Source: an uncultured Vampirovibrionales bacterium
GTDB lineage: Bacteria; Cyanobacteriota; Vampirovibrionia; Vampirovibrionales; Vampirovibrionaceae
Direction of reading: 5' to 3'
NCBI GenBank assembly: GCA_964390635.1
Contig: CAYMIG010000005.1
Span: 148,320 to 212,319, forward strand
DNA: 64,000 nucleotides
The translations under genes and the position numbers were made by a program. Shown here piece by piece: positions 44,963 to 54,966 of the stretch. The notes beneath the pieces are model-generated. The model ran no database searches and was not told where the DNA came from. It saw only the letters and a list, made by a program, of their open reading frames with translations. Numbering within the stretch: position 1 is the first letter of the stretch; the number at the start of each line of letters is the position of its first letter.

Positions 44963-46546
44963 ATGAGTCTTGCCGCAGAAGTTCAAAAGCGTCGCACGTT
45001 CGCCATCATCTCCCACCCGGACGCCGGGAAGACGACCCTGACCGAAAAGCTCCTGCTTTACGGCGGGGCGGTCAACCTGGCCGGATCGGTGGCGGCCAAA
45101 AAGCAGCAGCGCCAGGCCACTTCCGACTGGATGGCCCTGGAGCGCCAGCGGGGTATTTCCATTACCTCCACTGTGCTGAACTTCGAGTACGAGGGCTTTC
45201 ACGTTAACCTGCTGGATACCCCCGGCCACCAGGACTTCAGCGAGGATACGTATCGTACCCTGATGGCCGCCGACAGCGTCATTATGCTGCTGGATAACGC
45301 AAAAGGGGTGGAAACCCAGACCAAGAAGCTGTTTAAAGTCTGCGCTCGGCGAAAAATCCCGGTGGTTACTTTTATCAACAAGCTGGATCGCCCCGGACGC
45401 GAGCCCCTGGAGCTGCTGGACGAGGTGGAGCAGCTTTTCGGCATCAAGACCTGCGCCTTCAACTGGCCGGTGGGCATGGGCGATACCTTCAAGGGGGTGT
45501 ACGACCGGCGGGGGCGTCAGCTGCACCTGTTTGAGCGCACCGAGCACGGCAAGTACAAGGCCCCGGTGTCCGTTGCCGATATTCATGACGATGCGGTCAA
45601 AGACCAGCTGCCGGCGGATGTCTACCGGCAACTGGTGGAGGAGCTGGAAATCCTAGATATGGCCGGGGAGGAGTTCTCCGAGGAACTCTTCCTGCAAGGG
45701 GGCATGACCCCGGTGTTCTTTGGTTCGGCGGCCACCAACTTCGGGGTGCAGCTGTTTCTGGATTACTTCCTTAGGCTGGCCCCGCCCCCGGGGGCCCGCA
45801 AAACCGACAATGGCCCGCTGGCCCCGGATCATCCCCACTTTTCCGGCTTCATCTTCAAAATCCAGGCCAACATGGACCCCAACCACCGGGATCGCATTGC
45901 CTTTATGCGGGTGTGCTCCGGCCAGTTTGCGCGGGACATGCAGGTAAAGCATCCCCGCAGCGGCAAGATGATCCGGCTTTCCCACTCCCACCGCCTGTTT
46001 GGCCAGGATCGGGAAATCGTGAACGAGGCCTTTGCCGGCGATATCGTGGGCCTCAGCAGCAACGATCAGTTTGCCATCGGCGATACGCTGTGCCTGGGCC
46101 AGTCCTTCGAGTTCGAGCCCATTCCCTCCTTTGCCCCGGAATGTTTTGCCCTGCTCAGCAACCCCAACCCCTCCAAGTACAAGCAGTTCCAGAAAGGCAT
46201 CGACCAGTTGCGCCAGGAGGGGGCCATCCAGGTGATGTACTTTGCCGATGCCGCCCAGCGCAACCCGGTGCTGGCCGCCGTGGGGCAGCTGCAGTTTGAG
46301 GTGGTGCAGTACCGCTTGCAAAGCGAGTACGGGGTGGAAACCCGCATCGAGCCTTTGGGAGAATATACGCATGCCCGCTGGCTGGTGGGCGATCCCGACG
46401 CGCTGGATCGCGTGGAATGGATTGTGAACGCCCGCAAGGCGGTGGATGCCGATGGCCGCCCGGTGGCGCTGATTAAGGGGGAATGGGCGCTGAACTACAT
46501 GATGGAGCGCAACCCGGACATCCGCTTTTCGGACGTGCCGGCTTAG
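44963..46546 (+). CDS. prfC: peptide chain release factor 3
   Basis: 527 aa; translational GTPase motifs (AIISHPDAGKTT, DTPGH, NKLD). Confidence 0.9.
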   Translation: MSLAAEVQKRRTFAIISHPDAGKTTLTEKLLLYGGAVNLAGSVAAKKQQRQATSDWMALERQRGISITSTVLNFEYEGFHVNLLDTPGHQDFSEDTYRTLMAADSVIMLLDNAKGVETQTKKLFKVCARRKIPVVTFINKLDRPGREPLELLDEVEQLFGIKTCAFNWPVGMGDTFKGVYDRRGRQLHLFERTEHGKYKAPVSVADIHDDAVKDQLPADVYRQLVEELEILDMAGEEFSEELFLQGGMTPVFFGSAATNFGVQLFLDYFLRLAPPPGARKTDNGPLAPDHPHFSGFIFKIQANMDPNHRDRIAFMRVCSGQFARDMQVKHPRSGKMIRLSHSHRLFGQDREIVNEAFAGDIVGLSSNDQFAIGDTLCLGQSFEFEPIPSFAPECFALLSNPNPSKYKQFQKGIDQLRQEGAIQVMYFADAAQRNPVLAAVGQLQFEVVQYRLQSEYGVETRIEPLGEYTHARWLVGDPDALDRVEWIVNARKAVDADGRPVALIKGEWALNYMMERNPDIRFSDVPA

Positions 46547-46597
46547 CGTTTCCCCGGTACAATAGTGCCAGGATATTGTTGAGCGTCGGGTGGCATC

Positions 46598-47239
46598 ATG
46601 GCAGAAGGCAGTGACAACAAGAAAAAGTGGCTGATGTTTGGCTGCGGGGGTTGCCTGGTGGTACTGCTTATCGTCGTGGGCCTGTTGGTTGCGGCGGGAA
46701 GCTGGTTCCAGAAGATGGGCAGCGAATCGACCCAGGGCATCTTTGGGGAAAAATACCAGCCCAAAGGCTATACCGCCGTGCCGGTGCCGGTAGGCATTGC
46801 CGGGGGCAGCAGCGTGGCCATGGTCAGTGGCCAATCCATGATTCTCACCATCAAGACCCCCATCGATGCCGACTCGGCCAAGATCATCAGCAGCGGCAAC
46901 GAGGGCGTGCTGAAGGGATACATGGAAAGCGTGGTGGCCCCGCAACTGAACGCCGCCAACCAGCAGGGTTCCAACGGCAAAATTGCCCTGGAACGCATGG
47001 AAATGGTGAAGCTGCCCGGCGGCAAGAGCATCCCGGCCAGCATCGGCACCCTTACTCAGCAGGCCAACGGCCAGACGGTGGGCCTGGTGGTCATGCTGGT
47101 GCCCCAGCCCGATAACCAGGTGATTTACATGATGGGCATGGGCATGAAACGCGAGGACATCGCCAAGCAGCAGGCCGGCTTGCTGGCCGAGATGACCGCC
47201 ATTGTCACCGACAGCGACATCGACGACCGCATGCCCTGA
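46598..47239 (+). CDS. hypothetical N-terminally anchored protein (CGGC motif), tandem paralog 1
   Basis: 213 aa; MAEGSDNKKKWLMFGCGGCLVVLLIVVGLLVAAG…; ends …DSDIDDRMP. Confidence 0.6.
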   Translation: MAEGSDNKKKWLMFGCGGCLVVLLIVVGLLVAAGSWFQKMGSESTQGIFGEKYQPKGYTAVPVPVGIAGGSSVAMVSGQSMILTIKTPIDADSAKIISSGNEGVLKGYMESVVAPQLNAANQQGSNGKIALERMEMVKLPGGKSIPASIGTLTQQANGQTVGLVVMLVPQPDNQVIYMMGMGMKREDIAKQQAGLLAEMTAIVTDSDIDDRMP

Positions 47240-47338
47240 GGCTGTTGTCCCCCAAAGCGCCACAACCCGCCCGGGTACGGGTTTTTTGCGGAGGCCCCCC
47301 GTTGGCCCGTCCTTGGGTATAATGGAAGGGTATTACGG

Positions 47339-48037
47339 TTGGCAGGCGGGAGAGCGCTGATGGCGGAGAACGATACCAAGAAGTGGATTTTTATTGGCTG
47401 CGGGGGCTGTCTGGGCATCCTGGTGCTGGTGGGCATCCTGCTGGCCATCGGCGGGGCGCAGCTGTTCGGCAAGTTGCAGGAAGGTTCCAATAAATCGGCC
47501 CAGGCTGTTTTTGGGGAAAGTTACAAAGTGCCTTCCCAGTACACCCCCCTGGGCATGACCGTGGGCGAAGGGGCGCAGGCCCAAAGCTTTATCACCCTGC
47601 TGGACATGAAAAACCAGCGGGCTGTGATTGCCATGAAGATGCCCGTGGATGAGGCCGCCAGCCAGGCGCTGACCAGCAACGATCCCAACACCATCAAGCA
47701 GGCCATGGATAAAATGGCCGTCGAGATGCAGGAGTCCAGCAGCAAGAGCCAGAGCGGCAGCCGCATGGAAGAGATGCAGGTGGATGACGTGCATGTCATG
47801 CAGATTGCCAACGGCAAGATGGTGCCGGTGGCCTACCTGCGCGGCAAGGAGGATGGCAAGGAAACCCCCGGGGCGATGGTGGCCGTGGTGCAGAACGATC
47901 ATACCCAGGTGGTGCTGATGGGCATGGCCCAGGCCGCCGGCACGGATGCCGAAGCCTTCAAGAAGGCCCAGCAGGATATTGAGGACGAGCTGCTGAACGT
48001 AATGCAGGCCAGCGAAATCGACGATCGCATCCCCTAG
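47339..48037 (+). CDS. hypothetical N-terminally anchored protein (CGGC motif), tandem paralog 2
   Basis: 232 aa; MAENDTKKWIFIGCGGCLGILVLVGILLAIGG…; ends …ASEIDDRIP; colinear similarity to preceding gene. Confidence 0.6.
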   Translation: MAGGRALMAENDTKKWIFIGCGGCLGILVLVGILLAIGGAQLFGKLQEGSNKSAQAVFGESYKVPSQYTPLGMTVGEGAQAQSFITLLDMKNQRAVIAMKMPVDEAASQALTSNDPNTIKQAMDKMAVEMQESSSKSQSGSRMEEMQVDDVHVMQIANGKMVPVAYLRGKEDGKETPGAMVAVVQNDHTQVVLMGMAQAAGTDAEAFKKAQQDIEDELLNVMQASEIDDRIP

Positions 48038-48046
48038 GTCAGCGGG

Positions 48047-50935
48047 CTAGTCGAAATAACGCTTCAGGAACCGTCCCGTATAGGAGGCTTCGCAAGCGGC
48101 CACCTGGCGGGGCGTGCCCTGGGCCACCACGTAGCCGCCCCGATCCCCGCCCTCGGGCCCCATGTCGATAATATGGTCGGCCACCTTGATGAAATCCAGG
48201 TTGTGCTCGATGACCACCACGGTGTTGCCTTGCTCTACCAGGCGGTTCAGGATGTGGATGAGCTTTTCCATGTCCGCCCAGTGCAGGCCGGTGGTGGGTT
48301 CATCCAGCAGGTAGAGGGTGCGTCCGGTGCTGCGCTTGCAGAATTCGGTGGCCAGTTTTACCCGCTGGGCCTCCCCGCCGGATAGCGTGGTGGCGGGCTG
48401 CCCCAGCTTGATGTAATGCAGGCCCACGTCCTTTAGCACGCCCAGCATGGTCTGGATTTTGGGGATGCGCTCAAACACCTCCCAGGCTTCGGCCACGGTC
48501 ATGTCCAGCACGTCGGCGATGGTATGCCCCTGGTAGGTCACTTCCAGGGTTTCCGGGTTGTAGCGTTTGCCGTGGCACACTTCACAGGTAATATGCACGT
48601 CCGGCAGGAAGTTCATTTCCTTCACGATGATGCCGTCGCCCTTACAGGCCTCGCAGCGCCCCCCGGCCACGTTGAAGCTGAAACGGCCCGGCTTGTAGCC
48701 TCGAATTTTCGCTTCCTCGGTGTTGTGGAACACGTTGCGGATGGAATCGAAAATACCGGTATAAGTCGCCGGGTTGCTGCGCGACGATCGCCCGATGGGG
48801 GACTGGTCGATGGGGATCATCTTGTCAATGTGCTCCAGGCCGCTGATGGCCTCGTAGCCTTCCGGGCGCACCAGGTGCGAGCCAAAATGATAATGCACGG
48901 CCTCGTATAAAATATCGAACACCAGGGTCGACTTGCCCGAGCCGGACAGCCCGGTCACGCAAATCAGCTTTTCCAGCGGGAAGTCCACCGTCACGTTCTT
49001 CAGGTTGTGAAAGTGGGCGTTGTGGATGGTGAGCGCCAGGCCGTTGCCGGGCCTGCATTGGGCGGGAATTTTAATGGCCCGCTTGCCGGAGAGATACTGG
49101 CCGGTCAGGGAATCCTTGGCTTTCAGCAGGGCGGCGGGCGGCCCCTGCGCCACGATGCGCCCCCCGTGCACCCCGGCCTCGGGGCCAATGTCCACCACCC
49201 AGTCGGCGGTGCGGATGGTTTCCTCGTCGTGCTCCACCACAATCAGTGAGTTGCCCTGGTCCCGCAGGCGGCACAGGGTTTGGATCAGCTGGTGGTTGTT
49301 GTACTGGTGCAGGCCAATGCTGGGTTCATCCAGAATATACAGGATGCCCGACATGGTGGAGCCTAGCTGCGAGGCCAGCCGGATGCGCTGGGCCTCCCCG
49401 CCGCTCAGGGTGGCCGCCGGACGGGCCAGCGTCAGGTAATCCAGGCCCACTTCCACCAGGAAGCGCAGCCGCTGTTCCACTTCCAGCAGGGGTTGGCGGG
49501 CCACGGCCATCTGGAATTCCGAGAGCCGCGGGGCCAGCCCCTGAATGAACCGCATGGCCTCGGTAATGGGCATGCGGCAGATTTCATCAATGTTTTTGCC
49601 CTCGGGTTTGGGGCCCAGGCTCACCGCCAGGCTGAAGGGCTTCAGGCGGGCCCCCTGACAAGCCGGGCAGCGGTGCTCGCGCATGAAAGTGCGGATGTAA
49701 TGCTGTACGCTATCGGAGCCATGCCGCATGCGGCGCTTCATAATGTTGACCACCCCGTCAAAGCCAGAGACGAAGTCGAACCAGTCCGATTCGTCCTCGT
49801 CCTCGCCGCCCGCGTCGAAGTCGTAGCCCTCCTTCACCAGGGCGTCGGCATGCGCGTCCGGCGTGAATTCGCCGTACAGCAGGAAGTTCCGGGCCTCCGG
49901 GGCCAGGCTTTCAAAGGGCACCTCCACCGGGATGCGGTGTTTTTTGCCCAGTTTCCTGATGAAGGTGGGGTAGTAGCGCCCGGTGAGTTTTTCCAGGGGG
50001 GCAATGGCCCCTTCCAGCAGGGTTTTTTGCGGCTCGGGCACCAGCAGGTCGGCGGCCAGCTCATGCACCACGCCCAGCCCCTCGCACACTGGGCAGGCCC
50101 CGTAGGGCGAGTTGAAGCTGAACAGGCGGGGAGACATCTCCTCCACGGTATCGTTGTCCGAGGCCAGGTGGCGGCTGAAAACCTGCTCGGCGGGCCGGGC
50201 TTCGGGGTCCATGTTCTGCACGATGACATAGCCGTCCGACTTTTTCAGGGCCGCCTCCAGGGCTTCCATGAGCCGCTGGCTAATGGGTTCTTCGTGCTTC
50301 AGCACGATGCGGTCAATGACCAGCTCAATATTGTGCAGCTTGTTGCGTTCCAGGCGGTAGTCTTCCGGCAGTTCCTCCAGCAGGTGCATGTGGCCGTCAA
50401 TGCGCACCCGCACGTAGCCTTCCTTTCGCCATTGCCGGAACTGGGCGTTGTATTCCCCCTTGCGGCCCCGCACCACCGGGGAGAGCACTTGCAGCTTGCT
50501 GCCTTCCGGCATGCCCCACACGGTGTCGTGGATACTTTGCAGGGAGTGGGTGGTGAGCGGTTCGCCGGTTTCCGGGGAGTGCGGGATGCCGACTTTGGCG
50601 AACAGCAGTCGCAGGTAGTCGTAGATTTCCGTAACCGTGCCCACCGTGGAGCGAGGACTGCGCGAGGTTGACTTCTGGTCGATGGCAATGGCCGGCGACA
50701 GCCCCTCAATGCTTTCCACGTCCGGTTTCTCGAACTGGCCGATGAATTGCCGGGCGTAGGAGTTGAGGCTTTCCACGTAGCGGCGCTGGCCTTCGGCAAA
50801 GAGGGTGTCGAAGGCCAGCGAGGATTTGCCGGAGCCGGAAACGCCGGTGAACACTACCAGCTTGTCCCGGGGCAGGGTCAGGCTGACATCGCACAGGTTG
50901 TGCTCGTTGGCGCGGTGAATGCGGATTTCGTCCAT
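48047..50935 (-). CDS. uvrA: excinuclease ABC subunit A
   Basis: 962 aa; two ABC ATPase modules (GVSGSGKSSL…, GLSGSGKSTL…), zinc fingers, LSGGE signatures. Confidence 0.95.
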   Translation of the reverse strand: MDEIRIHRANEHNLCDVSLTLPRDKLVVFTGVSGSGKSSLAFDTLFAEGQRRYVESLNSYARQFIGQFEKPDVESIEGLSPAIAIDQKSTSRSPRSTVGTVTEIYDYLRLLFAKVGIPHSPETGEPLTTHSLQSIHDTVWGMPEGSKLQVLSPVVRGRKGEYNAQFRQWRKEGYVRVRIDGHMHLLEELPEDYRLERNKLHNIELVIDRIVLKHEEPISQRLMEALEAALKKSDGYVIVQNMDPEARPAEQVFSRHLASDNDTVEEMSPRLFSFNSPYGACPVCEGLGVVHELAADLLVPEPQKTLLEGAIAPLEKLTGRYYPTFIRKLGKKHRIPVEVPFESLAPEARNFLLYGEFTPDAHADALVKEGYDFDAGGEDEDESDWFDFVSGFDGVVNIMKRRMRHGSDSVQHYIRTFMREHRCPACQGARLKPFSLAVSLGPKPEGKNIDEICRMPITEAMRFIQGLAPRLSEFQMAVARQPLLEVEQRLRFLVEVGLDYLTLARPAATLSGGEAQRIRLASQLGSTMSGILYILDEPSIGLHQYNNHQLIQTLCRLRDQGNSLIVVEHDEETIRTADWVVDIGPEAGVHGGRIVAQGPPAALLKAKDSLTGQYLSGKRAIKIPAQCRPGNGLALTIHNAHFHNLKNVTVDFPLEKLICVTGLSGSGKSTLVFDILYEAVHYHFGSHLVRPEGYEAISGLEHIDKMIPIDQSPIGRSSRSNPATYTGIFDSIRNVFHNTEEAKIRGYKPGRFSFNVAGGRCEACKGDGIIVKEMNFLPDVHITCEVCHGKRYNPETLEVTYQGHTIADVLDMTVAEAWEVFERIPKIQTMLGVLKDVGLHYIKLGQPATTLSGGEAQRVKLATEFCKRSTGRTLYLLDEPTTGLHWADMEKLIHILNRLVEQGNTVVVIEHNLDFIKVADHIIDMGPEGGDRGGYVVAQGTPRQVAACEASYTGRFLKRYFD

Positions 50936-51106
50936 AACCTGATTATTCTTTAAACATAGGGCGCATGGCAGCCCTCTCCTGGCAGGGACGGCCCTCTGTG
51001 AACTTTTGTTCTGCCGGCGATATCAGTGGTATATCAAAAGCGCCCGCACATTCAAGTTCTGGCCCCCGCGCCCGATAACGTCCGTGGAGGAAACCGGGAC
51101 CGACCG

Positions 51107-51976
51107 ATGGAATTTTTCAAGCTGGAACCTGCCGAAACCGATGACGGGACGCTGCAAGCGCCCCTGTCTGGCGAATCGCCGCCGGAATCCCGCACCCAGC
51201 CCCGCCAGCCCCTGTTCAAGCAGGATCCCCTGCCCGGGGTGGAGCTGGGCAACCATGTCTCGCTGAGCGCTTATATTTCCAGGCATCTGGAAGGCGGGCG
51301 CCAGGCCGCCCCGGAGGGCTCCCCCACCCTGCCCGGCCCGCTGCCCCCGCCTGCCGGCAGCGAGACCCGGGAGTATAAGCCCGAAGGGCAGTTTCTGAAC
51401 ACCCTGGACGTGGATATGACCGCCGGGTTGGAGCAGTATATGCCCACCCCGCTGTTTCGGTTGCGGGTGATGAAAAAGCGGCTGGACGGCGAGATTGCCG
51501 ATCTCCGCCAGCGGGTCAACAAGATGGAGCGCTTGAACGATCAACCCCGGGAACTGCGGGAGAACATCGAGGTCATCCGCCGGCGCATTGCCACCCTGGA
51601 AGCCCACCAGCGCCAGGTAAGCCGGCAGCTGGAAGCCTTGCTGGCCATGGGGCCCCTGTTTTTCGAGATTTCCCAGGTCTATGAGCGTTGGCAGGCCTGG
51701 CTGGGCCGTGGCTTCGACCGGGCGCAGGCCGGGGTGGCCAACCTGCTGTTTGGCCCGGCCCGCCAGGAGTTGGTGCAGCTGGGCGAGGAACTGGGCGCGC
51801 TGACCGAGGTGCTGGATGAGCGGTTCCGGGATGCCACCGTGACCCAGTCCGAGATCAGCCACCTCATCAACCGCTACGATGCCACGCTTCGCCAGATGGA
51901 GGCGGCTTCCCTGCGCATGCGGAGCGAGGGCTTCTGGCAACGGCTATGGCAACCCCTGCGCGGTCTGGTAAAATAA
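51107..51976 (+). CDS. hypothetical protein (Pro-rich N-terminus, helical C-terminal half)
   Basis: start chosen at ATG 51107 (GGAGGA upstream); six-frame ORF extends to 51026. Confidence 0.5.
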   Translation: MEFFKLEPAETDDGTLQAPLSGESPPESRTQPRQPLFKQDPLPGVELGNHVSLSAYISRHLEGGRQAAPEGSPTLPGPLPPPAGSETREYKPEGQFLNTLDVDMTAGLEQYMPTPLFRLRVMKKRLDGEIADLRQRVNKMERLNDQPRELRENIEVIRRRIATLEAHQRQVSRQLEALLAMGPLFFEISQVYERWQAWLGRGFDRAQAGVANLLFGPARQELVQLGEELGALTEVLDERFRDATVTQSEISHLINRYDATLRQMEAASLRMRSEGFWQRLWQPLRGLVK

Positions 51977-52009
51977 GAGGCAATCATTGTCCGGAACCCA
52001 GACCGCCCT

Positions 52010-53389
52010 ATGAGCAGATACGGCCGCCGTCGCCGGCAGCGCAAGATTTATTTCGACAGGTTCTATCTCAATCCCGGCTTCCAGTACCTCAGCACCATCG
52101 TGAGCGCCATCCTGCTTTCGGGGCTGGTGTTTTCGGGGTTCCTGCTGTTCCGGTTCACCGATGAGGAGGATCTCATCTCCCGGGGCAAGATGCAGATGCG
52201 GGAACAAAAGGTGGCCGATGCCCTGAAAACCTTCCAGACCCTGGTCAACAGCCATCCGGGCAGCTACGAGGGCCACCTGCTGCTGGGGCAGGCATATCTG
52301 GCCACCGATGAGCGCCGCAAGGCGGAGCAGGAGTTCCAAATTGCCGCCTCCCTGAAAAACCACACCCAGGGCGACAGCTCGGCGGAAATCGCGCTGAGTA
52401 AGGTGGCCATGGCCCGGGGCGATTTTGAAAAGGCGGAGCAAATGCTGCTGGCCACCTGGAAACGCACCCGCCGCCAGGACAAAGACGTGAAGCAAGCCCT
52501 GTACGAGCTGTACGAGCAGTGGGGCAACCACCTGAACAGTGCCGAGCACAAAGACTACGGGGCCATCATTGGCAAGTACGAGTTTGCCCTGCACTACGTG
52601 AAAGACCTGGAGGCCGAGCAAGCCATCCAGGAAAAGATGATCGAGGCCATCCAGGTGTACAGCGACCAGTTGCTGACCCAGAAGAATTATGAGGAGGCCA
52701 TCAAGCACCTCAAGCTTTCCCTGCGCATGAAGTATCTGCCGGATACCCTCTTGCGCATTGCCGACAGCTACACCCGCATGGGCGATCTGGACCAGGCCAT
52801 CGACTGGTACCGCAAGGCCTATTCCACCAGCCCGGACAGCGTGGGCCTGCGCTATACCCAGGCCCTGGTGCAGAAGGCCCAGCAGCTGCTGGCCGAGAAA
52901 AAGCCGGAAGATGCCCAGAAGTACTTCGACGAGGCCGACCAGGTGAGCAAGCAGTCCAAGCTGCCCCTGCACGCCCTGTACCCGGTGAACGTGGCCAGCG
53001 TGAAGATTTCCTACGACATCGACGAGGACACCGGCGAGTTTGAGCCCAAGGTGGAGGTGAAGTTCGTCAACGACGCCCCCCGCACCCTGAATTACCTGGT
53101 GGGCAAGGCGGAGTTCGTCTCCGGGGATGAGACCCTATCTGAAACCACCGAGGTAATTGCCGATCCGGATCATCCCCTGCCGCTCAAGGGCGATAAAAAA
53201 AGCAGCCGTTCGGTGACGTTCAAGCCGGAATCCGGGCTGAGCCTGCATGCGCTCTCCGGCAACAAGTTCACGGTGAAGATTTCCATCGCCTACCAGGACG
53301 GGGAAGGGCAGCAGTGGAAGGTGAAAACCATCCAGGAAGCCATCCTCAAGCACGGCGGCGGCCAAAGCGAGGCCACCAAGCCGGTTTAA
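52010..53389 (+). CDS. TPR-repeat protein with N-terminal membrane anchor
   Basis: 459 aa; Arg-rich N-terminus, TM (IVSAILLSGLVFSGFLLF), TPR-like repeats. Confidence 0.7.
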   Translation: MSRYGRRRRQRKIYFDRFYLNPGFQYLSTIVSAILLSGLVFSGFLLFRFTDEEDLISRGKMQMREQKVADALKTFQTLVNSHPGSYEGHLLLGQAYLATDERRKAEQEFQIAASLKNHTQGDSSAEIALSKVAMARGDFEKAEQMLLATWKRTRRQDKDVKQALYELYEQWGNHLNSAEHKDYGAIIGKYEFALHYVKDLEAEQAIQEKMIEAIQVYSDQLLTQKNYEEAIKHLKLSLRMKYLPDTLLRIADSYTRMGDLDQAIDWYRKAYSTSPDSVGLRYTQALVQKAQQLLAEKKPEDAQKYFDEADQVSKQSKLPLHALYPVNVASVKISYDIDEDTGEFEPKVEVKFVNDAPRTLNYLVGKAEFVSGDETLSETTEVIADPDHPLPLKGDKKSSRSVTFKPESGLSLHALSGNKFTVKISIAYQDGEGQQWKVKTIQEAILKHGGGQSEATKPV

Positions 53390-54966
53390 TGCCTGGCCCC
53401 GGAAGCCTTCTCCTGGCTGGGTGGGGCCGTACCCGGGCCACCGTTTGTGGCGGGCTTGAGCAGCCAGCCTTGCACGGTCTGCCCTGACCAGCCCAGCCAC
53501 AACGGGGTGGCGGTGAGCAGCAGCCAGTTAAAGACCGGCAGGTTTTGCAGCGGGCTGAAGGCGGCAATCTGGAACAGGGCCAGCCACAGCCCGGCCTCCC
53601 GCAGGCGGGAGGCTTCCGGCAGTAGCAGCAGTAGGGGGTAGAACATCAGCAGGTACCAGGGGTGGAACTTGGCGCTGATCACGCAAATCATCACCAGCAT
53701 GACCAGGCCGGTTTCGGCCACCACGTCCACCCGTTGGGGGTTGGGCAAGCGCAGGAAGCGCCAGCAGCGCCAGCCAAAAAAGCCGGTGAAGGCGGCCCAG
53801 AATACCGGCTTGAGGGTGGCCAGCCAGCGGCCCTCCAGGGCGTCGGCATCCCAGCCGGTAAACCACTTGAGGGGGTAGTAATACAGGCTACCCAGCCCGG
53901 CAATCAGCGAATGTTGGGGCTTTCCGGCATTGTCCAGCATGTCCTTCCAGGGCCAGGGCTCCCCGCTGTTCAGGTAAGACAGGCTCAGCCACCAGATGAG
54001 CAGCCCGGATACCACCAGCCCTCCCAGCAGCGCCTTGTATTGGCGGGTTTTTACCAGGTACAGGCCGATAAACGGCAGGGCCAACAGCGAGGCGTACTTG
54101 GTGAGAATGGACAGCGTGAGCAGCGGCAGGCTAAGCCAGGCCCGGCGCGGAAACCACAGGGTGGCCAGGCTGCCCAGCAGTAGCAGGACGAGCAGCAGGT
54201 CGTTGTGTCCATTGGCCAGCCCATGCAGCAATACCAGGGGGCTGGCGCCGAACCAGAATGCGTCCAGCCAGGGCCGCTTGCGCTCCAGTTTCCCGGACAG
54301 CAGGAAAATAAGCCACAGGCAGCCCCCAAAGGCCAGCCAATTCAAAGTTTTAAAGATGAGGAAAGCCCACAAAAAGTGTCCCCCCGACAGCCAGGTCAGC
54401 CATGCGGCCAGTCGGGCGAAGAAAAAGCCGTAGGGACAGGGGTTATATACCCAGTGTTCGTGGAACATGGGCTGGCTGCGCCAGCCGTCAATTTCCGCCA
54501 CGGTGGTGGTGTAGGGGTTTACGGCATACAGGCTCTGTTGGGCGCCCCGGTTGATGTAGCCGTACAGATCGCTGGAGTGGAAGGGCACCACCGCCACCAG
54601 GGTCAGTCCCAGCAGCAGGCAGCCGGTCAGAATCAGGGAGGCATCCTGCATGGCCGGGGCCTGCGATTGTCCGGCAATCAGGCGAAGGCCTTTTAGAAAC
54701 AGGGCGGTGCACAGGCCGATGGCGATGAGCAGGGCTCCCTTGGCCAGGATGGCCGCCGCCGGGTCGGGCAGCCCGGGGATGCCCCAGAAGGCGGCGTCCC
54801 AGGCTTGCGGCAGCCAGCGGGAGACCGTGGCATCGTCGGCCCCGGCGTATAGCAGACACAAAAAAGTGGGGGCCAGCATCAGCCAGTACAACAGGCCGCT
54901 TTGCAGGATCAGGCGGTGGAGGGCCTGGCCAAACGCGCTCAATTCCGTCTTCAGGGGCGCTGCCAT
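53386..54966 (-). CDS. polytopic membrane protein, DUF2029/GT87-like putative glycosyltransferase
   Basis: 526 aa with >10 predicted TM helices and hydrophobic-aromatic pattern typical of lipid-linked sugar transferases; family assignment by resemblance only. Confidence 0.5.
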   Translation of the reverse strand: MAAPLKTELSAFGQALHRLILQSGLLYWLMLAPTFLCLLYAGADDATVSRWLPQAWDAAFWGIPGLPDPAAAILAKGALLIAIGLCTALFLKGLRLIAGQSQAPAMQDASLILTGCLLLGLTLVAVVPFHSSDLYGYINRGAQQSLYAVNPYTTTVAEIDGWRSQPMFHEHWVYNPCPYGFFFARLAAWLTWLSGGHFLWAFLIFKTLNWLAFGGCLWLIFLLSGKLERKRPWLDAFWFGASPLVLLHGLANGHNDLLLVLLLLGSLATLWFPRRAWLSLPLLTLSILTKYASLLALPFIGLYLVKTRQYKALLGGLVVSGLLIWWLSLSYLNSGEPWPWKDMLDNAGKPQHSLIAGLGSLYYYPLKWFTGWDADALEGRWLATLKPVFWAAFTGFFGWRCWRFLRLPNPQRVDVVAETGLVMLVMICVISAKFHPWYLLMFYPLLLLLPEASRLREAGLWLALFQIAAFSPLQNLPVFNWLLLTATPLWLGWSGQTVQGWLLKPATNGGPGTAPPSQEKASGARH

